Source of the DNA: Malacoraja senta
Lineage: Eukaryota
Assembly: GCA_038087875.1 (NCBI GenBank)
Contig: CM075988.1
Coordinates: 5,022,001 to 5,086,000 of the forward strand
Direction of reading: 5' to 3'
DNA length: 64,000 nt
This document shows positions 36,335 through 50,394 of this stretch, one piece after another; position 1 is the stretch's first letter; every line of letters begins with the position of its first letter. Position numbers and translations under genes: made by a program. Under the pieces are notes generated by a model. That model had not been told where the DNA came from, searched no databases, and worked only from the letters and a program-made list of their open reading frames with translations.

Positions 36335-36862
36335 AGGCCCTAATTTGAGGAAGGATATTGTTGTGATTGAGGTAGCGTAGGTTCACTAGATTGATCCCTG
36401 GGATGGCGGGACTGTCATATGAGGAAAAATTGAAAAGACTAGGCTTGTATTCACTGGTGTTTAGAAGGATGAGCGGGATCTTATAGAAACATATAAAATT
36501 ATAAAAGGACTGGACAAGCTAGATGCAGATGTTCCCAATGTTGGGCGAGTCCAGAACCAGGGGGCGCAGTCTTAAAATAAAGGGGAGGCCATTTAAGACT
36601 GAGGTGAGAAAAAACTGTTTCACCCAGAGAGTTGTGAATTTGTGGAATTCCCTGCCACAGAGGGCAGTGGAGGCCAAATCACTGGATGGATTTAAGAGAG
36701 AGTTAGATAGAGCTCTAGGGGCTAGTGGAATCAAGGGATATGGGGAGAAGGCAGGCACGGGTTATTGATTGGGGACGATCAGCGATGATCAAAATGAATG
36801 GCGGTGCTGGCTCGAAGGGCCGAAGGGCCTCCTCCTGCACCTATTTTCTATGTTTCTATGTA
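36335..36862 (+). mobile_element. CR1 3' fragment
   Basis: MFPMLGESRTRGRSLKIKGRPFKTEVRKNCFTQRVVNLWNSLP and a TTTCTATG tail. Confidence 0.9.
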
Positions 36863-37720
36863 CATACTGCGAGAACAGAAGAGATTCAACGATTCACAGC
36901 ACCCACAGCATTTGTATATATTCACAAAACAATGGTTACATGCGGTTGTTACATTTTGAATGAGTTCATTAGTGATCAACATCTTTTTTATCCTTGTTTC
37001 CTTACCCCAGGGTTATCATTTATCTTCTGTTTCCTATTATTTAGAAAACTATTCTCCCATTTCTCTGACAAATGGATGCAGTAAAGAACATCTCAATTTC
37101 CTGATTAATTTTATTGGCCTCAGCCTGATTTACAAACTCCTCTCTTTATCTTTTCTCTTGCTAGCTATGTTTTGCAATCTACACACTACCCAAATCTTTT
37201 TTATAGCCTCTCCAAAAATGACTTTTATGTTACCTTCAAGATGTTGGCCTCTTTTCCCATCATGCTTGGGTTAAACACACAAAAAAGTTTCCCTATTTTC
37301 TTATAATTTCCATAATTCCCTATATCCCTTCTCTCTCTACTTTTGTAATTGTTGATTCTGATCAGTCTCATGTCCGTTTGATGACAATCATTGAAATACC
37401 GTGCTTGTATGATTCTGACATTGAATGATATTTGTGTACTTCCCAACACCTGTAAAAATGGAACCCATTTGTAACCTGGCCACACTATGTACTGTGCAGC
37501 TTGTACCCCCTGGTTTAGACACACTTAGTTTAGACCCACTTAAAGTCTGAAGAAGGGTCTTCACCGATACGTCACCCATTCCTTCTCTCCAGAGATGCTG
37601 CCTGTCCCGCTGAGTTACTTCAGCATTTTGTGTCTACCTTCGATTTAAACCAGCATCTGCAGTTCTTTCCTACAAACAAACAATTAGTGTTCTGGTTGTC
37701 CCTGTCCTTTCGTCTTGCAG

Positions 37721-37939
37721 CTATCAAAGCTCATCTCTGTCAGCTGTGAACTCTGATTAATGATGTTCAAGGCTCAAGTATCCAGAACAAAGAGAAAGGC
37801 CATTTAATCTTGCTGCTGACCTTTTAAAACACGAGATGTCTCCCTCCTGCAGAATGAAGACACTGTCCAATCCAAAGTATAGACTGTCTTTGCCATCCTA
37901 TCAACAGATGGACTGGTTGGAGGAGGCTTTACGTTCACT
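37721..37939 (+). pseudogene. Candidate pseudo-exon with in-frame stops
   Basis: Strong acceptor CCTTTCGTCTTGCAG, donor GTAAG, 219 nt, phase 1-1, LCQL*...TRCLPPAE*RHCPIQSIDCLC. Confidence 0.38.
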
Positions 37940-40900
37940 GTAAGATTGATGGCATGTCTATTTGAAGTTTGGAATCAACAAATTGGAGACAATTCAGTCA
38001 GCAACCTCATAGAAAATATGTGTAGGAAGGAACTGCAGATGCTGGTTTATACTGAAGATTGGGTGGTGGGTGTGTGGAACGGGCTGTCAGAGGAGGTAGT
38101 TGAGCCAGGTACAATCGCAACGTTTAAGAAACATTTAGACAGGTACATGTATAGGACAGGTTTAGAGGGACAAACACAGGCAAGTGGGACTAGTGTAGAT
38201 GGGACATGTTGGGCGGTGTGGCCAAGTTAGGCTGAAGGTCCTGTTCTCATGCTGTAAAACTCTGTGACTCTCTATGACTCTCTAGACACAAAATGCTGGA
38301 GCAACTCAGTGGGTCAGGCAGCATCTCAGGAGAAAATGAATAGGTGACGTTTTGGATCAGAACCCTTCTTCAGACTGAGAAAAAGACTATCACAGAAAAG
38401 ATGTTGTTTCTGAATCCATTTTGAATTCAAGGCGTGTGGAGGGCTTTTGCAGAATGCATTGAGAGGGAGGTTTCAGCATCTCCAAAGAGATGGAGATGTT
38501 GGCTGCAAACTCCAGTGGCATTGTGTCAGAATGGCTCGTGCCCAGAAAGGCATTGAATCGTGATTAGTGCATGAGTTGGCAGGCCTTCTCCCAAATTCAT
38601 CTGTGAAGAGAGGAAGGTTGGAAAGGACATGGGAAGAGCAACAAATTCCTCTTCTGGAGTGCCAACGAATGTGATACCTATCAAGGAAAGCAAAGTAACA
38701 CTGCATTGCTAGATCCAATGAAGATGGCGTGGGAGGGTGAAGACATTTTGCCAGCAGCTGAACAGGACAGTATTGATTGATGTGTGTAGGAAGGAACTGC
38801 AGATGCTGGTTAACCCCGAGTGAGAAATGTGGAATCTACTGTGAAGGATGGTTATGATAACTTTTATGTGGTTGTGTGTCTTGTTGCTTTTCACTTTGTA
38901 TGGCTGTATGGTAACTCAAATTACATCGTACCTTAACTGGTACACGTGACAATAAACTGACCTTGAAACCTTGACTTGACTGAAGATAGACACAAAATGA
39001 TGGAGTAACTCAGCGGGACAGGCAGCATCTCTGGAGAGAAGGATTGGAGACTTCTTCGGACTAATCACCTATTGATCATAGATACAGCCTTGCAGTCGGC
39101 CCTTTAAGTCCACGCTGACTATCGATCACCCGCTCACAGTAGTTCTATAGTATGTTAGCCCACTTTCGCATCTATTTCCTACACATTAGGGGCAATTTCA
39201 CAGCAGTCAATTTACCTACAAAGTGCTGGAGTAACTAAGCTGGTCAGGCATCGTCTCTGGAGAAAAAAGCCTGGCCCTCGATTCGGATCAGAACCCTCCT
39301 TCAGAAGGGCCACGACATGAAACGTCACCCATCCTTTTTATCCAGCACTGTTTCTTTCTTTGATATAAGCCAGCAACTGCAGTTCTTTGTTTCTGCATGT
39401 AACCCACAAACCCGCACGTCTACCGGATGTGGAAGGAAACTGGAGCACCGCGAGGAACCTCACACTGCCATGGAAAACTTGCAAACCCCACGCAGAGAGC
39501 AACCAAGTTCAGAATCAAACCTGGTTCTCTGGTGCTGTGAGGCAGTGAGCAGCTGCATCACAGCAGTGAGACACAAGCAACTGCAGTTGGTTTAGTCGAG
39601 AGCAGAGCACAAAGGGCTGCATGTACACAGCGGGTCAGGCAGCATCTCGCGAGGGAGTGGGTAGGCGACGTTTCAGGCCAGGACCCTTGTTCAGATGTTA
39701 AAGGGTCCCAACCCAAAACGCCGTCAGCCCATTCCCTCCACAGTTGCTGTCTGACCCGCTGAAATCCTCCAGCACTTTATGGTTTGCTCAGTATTAGAAA
39801 TACTCCGTTAAAGGGCACCATACTACTGCGGGCTTTGTTGAAGGATAGCACTACGTATTTCAGTCTGGTTACCAAGTATATTTGATAACTCTTAACAGAC
39901 AAATCTGAAGAAGAGTTCTGGCCAGAAACGTCACCCATCCATGTATTTTAGAGCGAATGTCAAGCCCGCTGGTTTACTCAAGCATTTGTGTTTGTTTTTT
40001 CAACTGATAATCTATTGTATTAATTTTTATGGTGTATTTATTTATTGAGATGTTGTGTTAATGTACCTGTAAACCTGCAGCAAGTAAGAATTAATTATTC
40101 AGGTCCCTGTGCATATAACATTTGACCACTCTTGACTCTTGGAGCAGCATTAGATGATTTACCAAAGCAACTTCAGCAACACACATACACAAAAACGCTG
40201 ACACACACGTACACATCCATATACGCATTCATGCCACACGTACTCTCGCAAACCCACACAGTGCCCCAAATATCTGAGATATTTAAGTTGCAGAAGAAGG
40301 GGTGGTGGGAGTGAATAAAAGTGGGCGGTATGGTAGTGCAGCAGTAGAGTTGCTGCCTTACAGCACTTGCAGCACTTGCACGACTATGCATGCCGCCGGT
40401 AAGGAGTTTGTACGTTCTCCTCGTGACCGCCTGGGTTTTCTCCGCGATCTTCAGTTTCCTCCCACACTCCAAAGACATACAGGTTTGTAGGTTAATTGGC
40501 TTGTTATAAATGTAAATTGTCCCTACTGTGTGTAGGATGGCGCTGATGTGCGGGGATCGATGGTTGGTCTGGACTCGTTGGGCCGAAGGGCCTGTTTCTG
40601 CGCTGTATTCCTAGACTAAACTAAACTACAAGGAATACTTGTGATAGGTTGGACACATGTTACATCCAGGTTCAGGAACAGCTACTTCCCCACAGCCATC
40701 AGGCTATTAAACTCGCCAACAAACAGACTCTGAACTGTAACAGCCTATTGCACTTTATCTGCTTATTTATGTGTATATTGAACTGAACTATTCTGTATTT
40801 TTGTTACAATATTCTGTTGTGCTGCAGCAAGCAAGAATTTCATTGTCCTATCTGGGACACATGACAATAAACTCTCTTGACTTGACTTGACTTGACCAAG

Positions 40901-41904
40901 GACGAAGTAAGCGACATAGCAAAGGTGTCGACTGAGAGAGGATGTCGATGTCATAATTACAGTTCATTATTCTTTTTAGTGACAATCAGTGATAGTTGAT
41001 CATAATTATTAGAACTTCAATAAATCATTGTCTTTTCAATTGAAGCAACTGCCCAGCTATTTTGTGTGGGAAGGAACTGCAGATGCTGGTTTACACTGAT
41101 GATAGACACAAAATGCTGGAGTAACTCAGCGGGACAGGCAGCATCTCTGGAGAGAAGGAATGGATGACGTTTCGGATCGAGACCCTTCTTCAGACTGAAT
41201 TCCGGAAACGACACCCATTCCTTCTCTCCAGAGATGCTGCCTGTCCCACTGAGTTACTCCAGCATGTTGTGGCTGTGCCCAGTAATTTTTTCTATCCAGG
41301 AGCACCACATTCCTTATTCCTGAAATAACTTGCAGCTGAGGTTTAAGAACATAAAACATAAAAGCAAGATCAGGCCGTTCACCCCCTCAAGCCTGATCTG
41401 CCATTCAACAAGGTCAAGGCTACTCTTCATCTGCCCTAACCACATATCCCTGACCTGGGCCTCCTCCACTGGCAGTGTGAGGCCCAATGCAAATTGGAGC
41501 GACAGCACCTCATATTTCGCTCGGTCAGCTGACACCGCAGCGGTATGAATATTAACTTCTCCGACTTTGTAACCCTTGCTTTCCTTCTCTCTCCATCCTT
41601 CCCCCACCCTAGTTCTCTGACTAGTTTCACTGTCCTTCTGATTAATTTTGCCTCCTTGTCACCTTCCCCTAAGCCAACAATGATCCATTCTACATTTTTT
41701 ATCAATGTCGGCTTTGATCTGTTGTTTTCACACCTTACACCTCTATATCTCTAGACTCCCTCTCCACTGACTGTCAGTCTGAAGAAGGGTCTCCACCTGA
41801 AACGTCACCCATTCCTTCTCTCCAGAGATGGTGCCTGTCCCGCAGAGTTACTCCAGCTTTTTGTGTCTACCACCACATCCCTTACTTCCTCTCATCTACA
41901 ACAA

Positions 41905-42324
41905 TCTTCTTCTTAGGCCCTCTTCGGTCATGGCTGACCATGGGTGTCTCCAGGGTGCTATTCCCTATATGGAGAACGCCTGTGCGTGACTTTGTTTAAC
42001 GTGGGAAGACTGGTGCACAGACAGCCACCCCACGGTCCTTGACAGATCTGGGTCAGGATCCAGTCACATGGAGTCCAAGACGATCAGAGACCCTTTTCTG
42101 CTGCAGCCTTCATCCGCCTTCCCAGCCGTTGTGACGCTCCACAAAGGTCAGCCATCATCCTCCGCCTGTTCTGCCATTGAGGTCTTGGTTGGATTGCTCT
42201 TTGTCAGAGACGTCCCCCTTGACCTCACCGCCATGGGTGGCCCTACCGGGAGCATAGCTCCAGACGGCATCGTTCTCAGGATCTCGGGTCCACACAAGCT
42301 TCCCCACCACGACAAGGTGACAAT
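41905..42324 (-). mobile_element. Bipartite RTE-related non-autonomous element (~420 bp)
   Basis: 5' end CACCTTGTCGTGGTGGGGAAGCTTG..GATCCTGAG..GAGCTATG resembles RTE/Expander 5' UTRs. 3' hairpin GGTCA-GCCA-TGACC followed by an (AAG)n tail. No ORF. Confidence 0.62.
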
Positions 42325-45071
42325 GATAGATCCTCCGCCATCTTGCAGATAGAGAAATCAAAAGATTTGCCATTCTTTGAGTGAAGTCATTTTTCTTTGT
42401 TTTAGCTGACCCCTTATTTTGGATCTGTGACCCAGGAGCAAGTTCAGGCAACATCTACGGTGGGAATGGATGGGCAACATTTCCGGCCGGGACACTTTTT
42501 TTGATCTCCTACCTTAAACTCACTTTTTATTCTCTTCACTTTCTCATCAACTTTGCAAAATCCTACTACTCACCTCCAACAGGGAGCAATTTACAGCAAC
42601 CAAGGTGATCTACCAAGTCTTATTGAAACATAATATTCTGAGGGTGGTTCAGCAGAACTGATACTGAGAGGATAGACACAAAATGCTGGAGTAACTCAGC
42701 GGGACAGGCAGCATCTATGTAGAGAAGGAATGGGTGACGTCTCGGGTCGAGACCCTTCCTCTGACTTGATACTGAGAGGACGTTAGCCCTGTGGTGAAAT
42801 GCTCAACTAGGAGCATAGTTTCAGAAGAGGAAGTCACCAATTAAGGGACCCAACCCCAAATATCGTCTGTCCATTTCTTCCACAGCTGTTGCCTGTCCAC
42901 TGAGTTCCTCCAGCATTTTGTGATTTTGTCAAGTCACCTATTAAGTTGGAGACAAGGATGAATTAATTTTCTCAGAGGGTTGTGAATCTTTGGCATTCTC
43001 CACCAGAGCATGAATCACTCAAGATTGGGATATCTTGCCAATGACACCTTGCTAGTTTAGTTTTAGCCTCGATTAGACAAAAGCCCCAAAAACTGATATT
43101 AGTTTAGTTTAGATATACAACACGGAAGCAGGCCCTTCGGCTCACCGAGTCCGCACCGACCAGTGACCCCCACACATTAACACTATCCTACACACACTAG
43201 GGACAATTTGCACATACACCAAGCCAATTAACCCACAAACCTGTACGTCTTTGGAGTGTGGGAGGAAACCGAAGGTCTCGGAGAAAACCCACGCAGATCA
43301 CGGGGAGAACATACAAACTCCGTACAGACGGCACCCATAGTCGGGATCGGACAGCATCTGTGGAGAGAAGGAATAGGTGACGTTTCGGGTCAAGACCCTT
43401 CTTCAGTCTGAGAGTCAAGGGTTGCTGAATCTCATTCTGAAGAAGGGTCTCAACCCGAAATGTCACCTATTCCTTTTCTCCAGAGATGCTGGCTGACCGG
43501 CTGAGTTTCTACACTTCATACCTTTAATGATGACGGCCAATGTATCAATCTTTACCATTCTTAATCAAAGTTGTAAGGTTATTCATTGTGAAGTGGCTTT
43601 ATTTGCTAGGTCATGAAGCTGTAGAGTGATACAGCAGAGCAACAAGTCCTTCAGCCCAACGAGTCGGTCCAATTTCAAGCACCCATTTTGCATGAATCCT
43701 CTTCTAAACCATTCCATTTCCCACACATTCCATCAACTTCCCCTTAGATTCCACCGCTCGCACAAATGTTGGTGGAACAAGCTGATGGAGGAGGAAATTG
43801 AGACAAATACTATCGCAATGTCTAAGAAACATTTAGACAGGTACATGGATAGGGTAGGTTTAGATGGATATGAGCCAAAAGCAGGCAGGTGGGACTAGTG
43901 CAGATGGGACATGATGGCCGGTGTGAGCAAGTTGGGCCAAAGGGCCTGTTTCCACGTTGTAAGACTGTATGACATCAACACTCATCTGCAGACTCATTCA
44001 GTGGCCACTATTACCTGACTAGGTCTGTATATCAGCTGCACCACTCTTGTACATCTGACCCTGACAACAGCAGGCATTGTGAATCGCCGCTCTCTCCTCC
44101 ACAAGGCAGGCGAAGTTGTGGTCAGTGAGAGGGACATCCCCTTTCCATTCTTTCCCAACTATCACTTGCAATCATTTTCATTCAAACAAAAGGAGAGGGG
44201 CCCTTTAATAACTCAAGCTCTGATGTCAATTTGCGCAGTGCGGCACGGTGGCGCAGTGGTAGTGTTGCTGCCTTACAGCGCCAGAGACCCGGCTTCGATC
44301 CTGACTATGGGTACTGTCTGTACAGAGTTTGTACATTCTCCCCATGACCCGCATGGGATTTCACCGGGATCTTCGGTTTCCTCCCACACTACAAAGACAT
44401 CCAGGTTGGTAGGTTAATTGGATTGGTGTGGATGTAAGTTTTCGCGAGTGTGAGTAGGGTAGAGTTAGTATCCGGGGATCGCTGGTTGGTGCGGACTCAT
44501 TGGGCCCAAGGGCCTGTTTCCGTGCTGTATCTCTAAACTAAACTAAACTAAACATTGGAATATCACACGGACAGAAAGGTCACATCTGGTCCCACTGATG
44601 AGACAATCCAGAGTCTGAAGAACGGTTTCGGCCTGAAACGTTGCCTATTTCCTTCGCTCCATAGATGCTGCCGCACCCGCTGAGTTTCTCCAGCATTTTT
44701 GTCTACCTTTGATTTTCCAGCATCTGCAGTTCCTTCTTAAACACTGAGTCAAAGCCCAGTGTGGCAACAAGGGCTCGAGACAGGGGTGGGGAAGAAGAGA
44801 AGGATATATAGAAACAAGGAACTGCAGGTGCTGGTTTACACAAAAGGACACAAAATGCTGGAGTAACTCAGCTGGAGTAACTCATTCTGAAGAATCTCCA
44901 GAGATGCTGCTTGACCCACTGAGTTGTTCCAGCACTTTGTAACCTTTTGGGGAAGAGGCCTCAGCCTTCTGCATTGCTATATATCCAAGTTGTATGCAAA
45001 CAGCTGCAAACAACTAACAAATCATGTCGAACACAAATTATTTAAGACAATGTAAGCCTTCTTGTTTCCAG

Positions 45072-45204
45072 CTGCAGGATCCCGATTTGAAAGAACGGTG
45101 TCTCCGACTCCATGCCAGACCTAACCATGCCAGTCTCAACTGGGCGCAGATGCTGAGGGTAGACTTAGTAACTTGAACAAGCTCCTCATCAGCTACTGGA
45201 TGCT
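45072..45204 (+). pseudogene. Candidate pseudo-exon (frameshifted)
   Basis: Acceptor CTTCTTGTTTCCAG, donor GTGAGT. Begins xAGSRFERTVSPTPCQ and ends LVT*TSSSSATGC plus 1 nt. Confidence 0.4.
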
Positions 45205-46370
45205 GTGAGTGGACACCATAGTCATAGTCATAGTCATAGAGTGATACAGTGTGGAAACCGGTCCTTCGGCCCAACTTGCTCACACCGGCCAACATTTCCC
45301 AGCTACACTATTCCCACCTGCCCGCGTTTGGCCCATATCCCTCCAAACCTGTCCTATCCATGTACCAGCGGGAGAATACTGCTTGAGATTGGCAGCAAAG
45401 GATGTTTGTGATTTCCGCAGTCGTGGCACAGCGGGTAAAGCTGTTGCTCTTCAGCGCTACAGGCCTGGGTTCGATCCTGACCTCAGGTGCTGTCTGTGTG
45501 GTGTTTGCATGCTCTCCCAGTGATCAGACGGGGGGGGGGGGGGTTCCCGGTGTTCCTACATCCTCCCTCATCCCAAGGTTGTACAGGTTTGTATGTTAAT
45601 TGGCCACGGTAAATTGACCCTAAAGTATGAGGAGTGGATGAGAAAGTGGGATAACATAGAGCTATTGATCAACAGTCGGTAGGGACTTGGTCAGTCAAGG
45701 GAAGTAGGAATGAACTGCAGATGCTGGTTTAGAGATGGACACAAAATGCTGGAGTAACTCCCGAAACATCACCCATTCCTTCTCTCCAGAGATGCTGCCT
45801 GTCCCGCTGAGTAATCCAGCATTTAGTGTCTATCTTTGGTCAGTCAAAGAGCCTGTTTCCATGCTGTATGTCCAAACTGAAACTAAACAAAGAGTTCTTA
45901 ACATGTAGCCACTTAAACAAACAGAGGAAATGTTTCTAAAACGAGCTAGAGGCAAAAATTAGAAAAAGTAAATAAAGGCCATTAATTATTTTCTCAATTC
46001 CTCCTTGCAAGAATAATTGACCAACTGTTTGAAAAACAATTGCAACATTATGCTGCATTTACACCCTAAAGTGATTTTATCCTGACCAGAATTTGTATTG
46101 CTAATCTGGATTCAGGGCTCGGAACAAGGATGAGTTATATTCCCTGTGCATCTGTAATCAATAATGCACAAGAGACAAATGGCAGTCTGCAGTGGGGTCT
46201 TTAGGTGAAAACAGAAGTGGATGAGATTGATTCAGCTGCCCAGTAAACATCTTCCCCAATTTTCAGTCCTATTGATTATAAGCAGGAGTGATGTACAACT
46301 GCAGGCCAAACCAAAGTCACCAACATCACATCATCCCCAAAATCACAATTGTACCCAATAGATCCCCTTA

Positions 46371-46535
46371 AGGGCCTGTCCCACTTAGGCGATTTTTCAG
46401 TGGACTGCCGGCGACTGTCAAGTTCGCGGCACTCGCCTGAAAAAACGGGAACTGGAACAGCGACTGTCAGAGTGGCACACGCACATGCACACGCACACGC
46501 ACACGCACACGCACACGCACATGCACACACACACG

Positions 46536-46633
<98 letters not shown>

Positions 46634-46873
46634 TATTGCAAAGGCGGGGGCCAGGAAAAGCGGGGGAGAGCTGACTGAAATTCACACGGTTCAACGTTAA
46701 TGTGATACAGACATACACCGCGATGAACAGGAAGGTTAAGATGGCTAACACAGTGTACGGTAAGTCCTTTAAAGGAGGGGGGGAGGGGAGAAGAGGGGAG
46801 AAGGGGGGGGAGTAGGGGGGGGAGAAGGGGGGGAGAAGGGGGGGGGAGAAGGGTGGGGGGGAAGGGGGGGGAG
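46371..46873. mobile_element. Left part of a Harbinger-like MITE containing (CA)n and a G-rich tract, running into the assembly gap
   Basis: TTAAGGGCCTGTCCCACTTAGGCG start, (CA)n/(CACG)n at 46476-46628, polypurine G-runs at 46771-46873. Confidence 0.65.
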
Positions 46874-47073
46874 NNNNNNNNNNNNNNNNNNNNNNNNNNN
46901 NNNNNNNNNNNNNNNNNNNNNNNNNNNNNNNNNNNNNNNNNNNNNNNNNNNNNNNNNNNNNNNNNNNNNNNNNNNNNNNNNNNNNNNNNNNNNNNNNNNN
47001 NNNNNNNNNNNNNNNNNNNNNNNNNNNNNNNNNNNNNNNNNNNNNNNNNNNNNNNNNNNNNNNNNNNNNNNNN
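46874..47073. other. Assembly gap (200 N)
   Basis: Run of N characters. Confidence 1.
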
Positions 47074-47676
47074 CCTCAGTATAACCCAAGCCAATGTGGT
47101 TTGCTCCTTGAAGATAGACACAAGATGCTGGAGAAATTCAGCGGGACAGGCAGCATCTCTGGAGATAAGGAATGGGTATGGATGGGCAAGACTTTGAGTA
47201 TCTTTGCAAACATAAGAATTGTTTTGCAGTTCAAACTATCCTTCTTCCTACCAGCCATTCCCCCCAAAATCCTGTCAGTGAAAACAGATTTTGTTCTGAT
47301 AGAAAAAAAACCTGCAGATGCTGGAGGTCTGAAATAAATGCTGAGATACTCAACTGTCAGGGGCAATGTCTGAAGATAAAACACATTTCAGGTCAGAAAA
47401 TAAGTATGTCATAAGTTGCACAAGAGAGTCAAAGAAATTGTCTGTGATCGAGTGGAGATCAAGGTTGTCCGTCCTGTCTAACTCATAGGATAATGAGAAG
47501 GTGCGTGTGGAGATGCCGAATGCTGGAGGGCGAAGGTTTAAGGTGATGGGGGAAAGTTTAAAGGAGATTTGTGAGGCATGACTTTTACACAAGAGTGTAG
47601 ATGCCTGGAGCATGCTGCCCAAGCCAATGATGGTAAAGCGCTAACAAGAACAATGTTTTGAGGCATTTAAAGAGAC

Positions 47677-48632
47677 CCTTCTTCTTCTTCTTACGACGGC
47701 CAGTGCCAGATTTATATGCCAGATTTATCGGCTATTCCACTTGTGAGGCCCCTCCCAATCCCCCCACCCCCCACAACGAGAGGAAGATGGAAGAGTGTTT
47801 TAAATAATTTGGGTAATGCCAAGGATGATGATGGGTGTTTAAAATTCCACAATTTGCAATTCCTTCTCTAAAGGACATAAAATTGTATTGTTAAATACCG
47901 TAGTGATTGAAAAAAAAAAGCATACATGTTAAAATTAACTGTGAAAAACTTTTGCTACAAATAAGCTTAGTTTTATTACTAACCTGACAGTGGCAGCCAC
48001 GGCACTACACAGTAGGTTTCTAGCAACGATTATCAGCTCTATCCCTAGCATTGCTCCTTGCCAACTTCCTAGTTCAAATATCTTTGCGCTTTCCTACTTA
48101 CCCCTGAGTTTTGACTTTTGAAGCCTGCAAGATGTTCCCTGGCTGCACCCGCCATCGCTGCTTACTGGAGCACGTGTGAACGTTTGCCGGACCCCGGTGC
48201 CACCAGATTGACACCGATGTGCAGCCGAGCGTGGCCAATGAGATACGGGGCTGGAAAGCTGCGTTCTTTAAAAAATTATTTATTGCCAGTGCTAGTGTCG
48301 AGTTATCGGCTAAAAACAGTATTATTCTGAAATGGAGGGCAAGGAAAATTACTGAATGGTTGTTTAGAGACTACAGTGCGTTGTAACAGCATATGTAAGA
48401 AAGGCTATGACTGTGTCAAAAATATTATACACCTTGGCCAGAGGCCCCCTAGATTGTGAGGCCCTAGACTTCAGCCTACCAAGCCTATAGGTAAATCTGG
48501 CACTGTGTACGGCGTGCACAGCCTAAAGTTGCAGGACAACTTGGTCTATTTGATCTTATTTGACTGTGCACGCCGGGTTGATTGCATTCGTCAAAACAGG
48601 GTGGAACACGTGAAGTTGCAATCTTCCACCCC
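47677..48632 (-). mobile_element. Third copy of the HDV-ribozyme-headed element, split by a hAT-like insertion
   Basis: (CTT)n tail at 47677-47692, body at 48506-48632, ribozyme at 48580-48632 (P1 GGGGUGG/CCACCCU, P3 damaged). TSD AAAGAGAC at 47669-47676 and 48633-48640. Confidence 0.75.
47701..48505. mobile_element. Non-autonomous hAT-like DNA transposon (805 bp)
   Basis: 14-bp TIR CAGTGCCAGATTTA / TAAATCTGGCACTG. Degenerate 8-bp TSD ACGACGGC / TGTACGGC. No transposase ORF. Confidence 0.75.
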
Positions 48633-48792
48633 AAAGAGACACATGAGCACGCAGAGAGCAGAGGGTCGAGAGAAAAAAGTCAGGAGATCCACGACTGTTT
48701 AGTTGTCAAATGTATCGACAATGGAACAAAGAAACTCATATTTATGGCAGCATAACAGGCCCGTAATACAATGCACTTAGTTACATCTAGGA

Positions 48793-48992
48793 CAGGGGTT
48801 CCCAACCTCTTTCGTCCCATTTACCTGGCAACTTTAATATCACATAACAATCTTATTTCACTTATTTATGAACAAGTAATGATGAACAGAACCAGAACCA
48901 AACACAGTCAGTCAATGAGAAGAAATATGTACAAATCCAGAATCAACAGATTTACCCCCGGGGGTAAATTTACCCCAGGTTGTGAACCCTTG
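48793..48992. mobile_element. 200-bp hAT (Charlie-like) MITE
   Basis: TIR CAGGGGTTCCCAACC / GGTTGTGAACCCTTG. 8-bp TSD ATCTAGGA / ATGTAGGA. Internal palindrome TTTACCCCCGGGGGTAAA. Confidence 0.8.
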
Positions 48993-50229
48993 ATGTAGGA
49001 GGATATAGATCATGTGCAGACAGATGAAAGTAGTTAGATTGGCATCCCTGTTGACATGATGGGCCGAAGGGCCTGTTTCTGTGCCGTGCTAATCTGTTTT
49101 ATGTGGAATACATATTAATATGTAAACTTCACGTTCTTCATAAATCATGAGCTGATAGTAGATCATATTTTCTAACATGTCCAGGGTCAGACAGAGCAGC
49201 ACGGTGACACAGTGGTAGAGTTGCTGCCTTACAGCACCAGAGACCCGGGTTCGAACCTGGCTATGGGTGCGGTTTGTACGGAGTTTGTACTTTCTCCCCG
49301 TGACTGGTGTGGGTTTTCTCCGAGAACTTTGGTTTCCTCCCACACTCTAAAGACCAATAGGTTTGTAGATTAATTGGCTTGCTATAAATGTTTAAAAATT
49401 GTCCCTGGTGTGCGTAGAATAATGCTAATGTGCGGGGATCGCTGGTCAGTACGGACTCGATGGGCCGAAGTGCCTGTTTTCGCGCTGTATCTATAAACTA
49501 AATTGTAATACATTTTTAAAACACGAATTAAATAAGCAGATTTAGTGTCGCTTGTGCAGCCAATGGTAGTCATTGCCTCTGTTCTTCCTTCCCACCCTCT
49601 CTACAACTTAAAACACACTGTTTGCTCAGTTACTTTAACTGCTAGGTTGACACAAAATGCCAACTCTGTGTCTCTCTGAACAGATGCTGCCGGTCCAGTG
49701 AAACACCCCCAGTAGCTTTCTGTTAGACATATTTCCTCCTGCTTTTTAATAAAGATTTTAAACCATCCTGCTCTGCAGGATCAGCGAGGAGGAAATAAAA
49801 CAGTGGAAGTCGATGATTTTTAAACAGCATGAAACATAAATCGGATGTCAGCGTACACCTGAAATAATGATCTGGCTACACTTCTTAAAACAAATGGCCA
49901 CTGAACTGATATAAACAACATGAATATTGGTAATCCATCGATAATGGGAACAATTCTTCTTCTTAATAGCTAAATAGAAATCACAAACTCCTGATTTACC
50001 TACTCCAGCCTGATTGTGTTACGAGCATGACTGGAAACTGAAAACAATTGATGGCATTTAGATCTGAATGCAAGATCGCAATTTACAGCTTGGTCAAATG
50101 TTACAAAGCAGCAGGCAGAGTCACAGGATATATGATAAAGAAAGGCAAGTTTTGCTTTTTCTCAAATGTCACGATCTGGCAAGTGCATTCCCATCACATT
50201 TTTTTACCATGTCTTGTTTCTCAAAACAG

Positions 50230-50394
50230 AAAAAAAAGAGTCGAAATTTAATCAACAGATTTTGCAGTGTTATAATGCTTCAGAAGTTGACACTCACATT
50301 AATTTCAACTGGCTGTCCAAGGAGAAGTATGAGAGGGAATTGTTACACATATTGAAAATATAAATGCCATAACAATTGTTTACCTCAGGACATT
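50230..50394 (+). pseudogene. Candidate pseudo-exon
   Basis: Acceptor TTGTTTCTCAAAACAG, donor GTAAGT, 165 nt. Cys-rich frame GCPRRSMRGNCYTY*KYKCHNNCLP. Confidence 0.3.

Noticed and set aside
37853..37939. Alternative open 87-nt exon MKTLSNPKYRLSLPSYQQMDWLEEALRS
   Set aside because: No compatible phase-2 neighbours and no recognisable family. The longer Cys-pattern reading fits the other islands better, though this one cannot be excluded.
46276..47197. Long ORFs with poly-CV/HT and X runs
   Set aside because: Artefacts of the (CA)n repeat, the G-rich tract and the 200-N gap.
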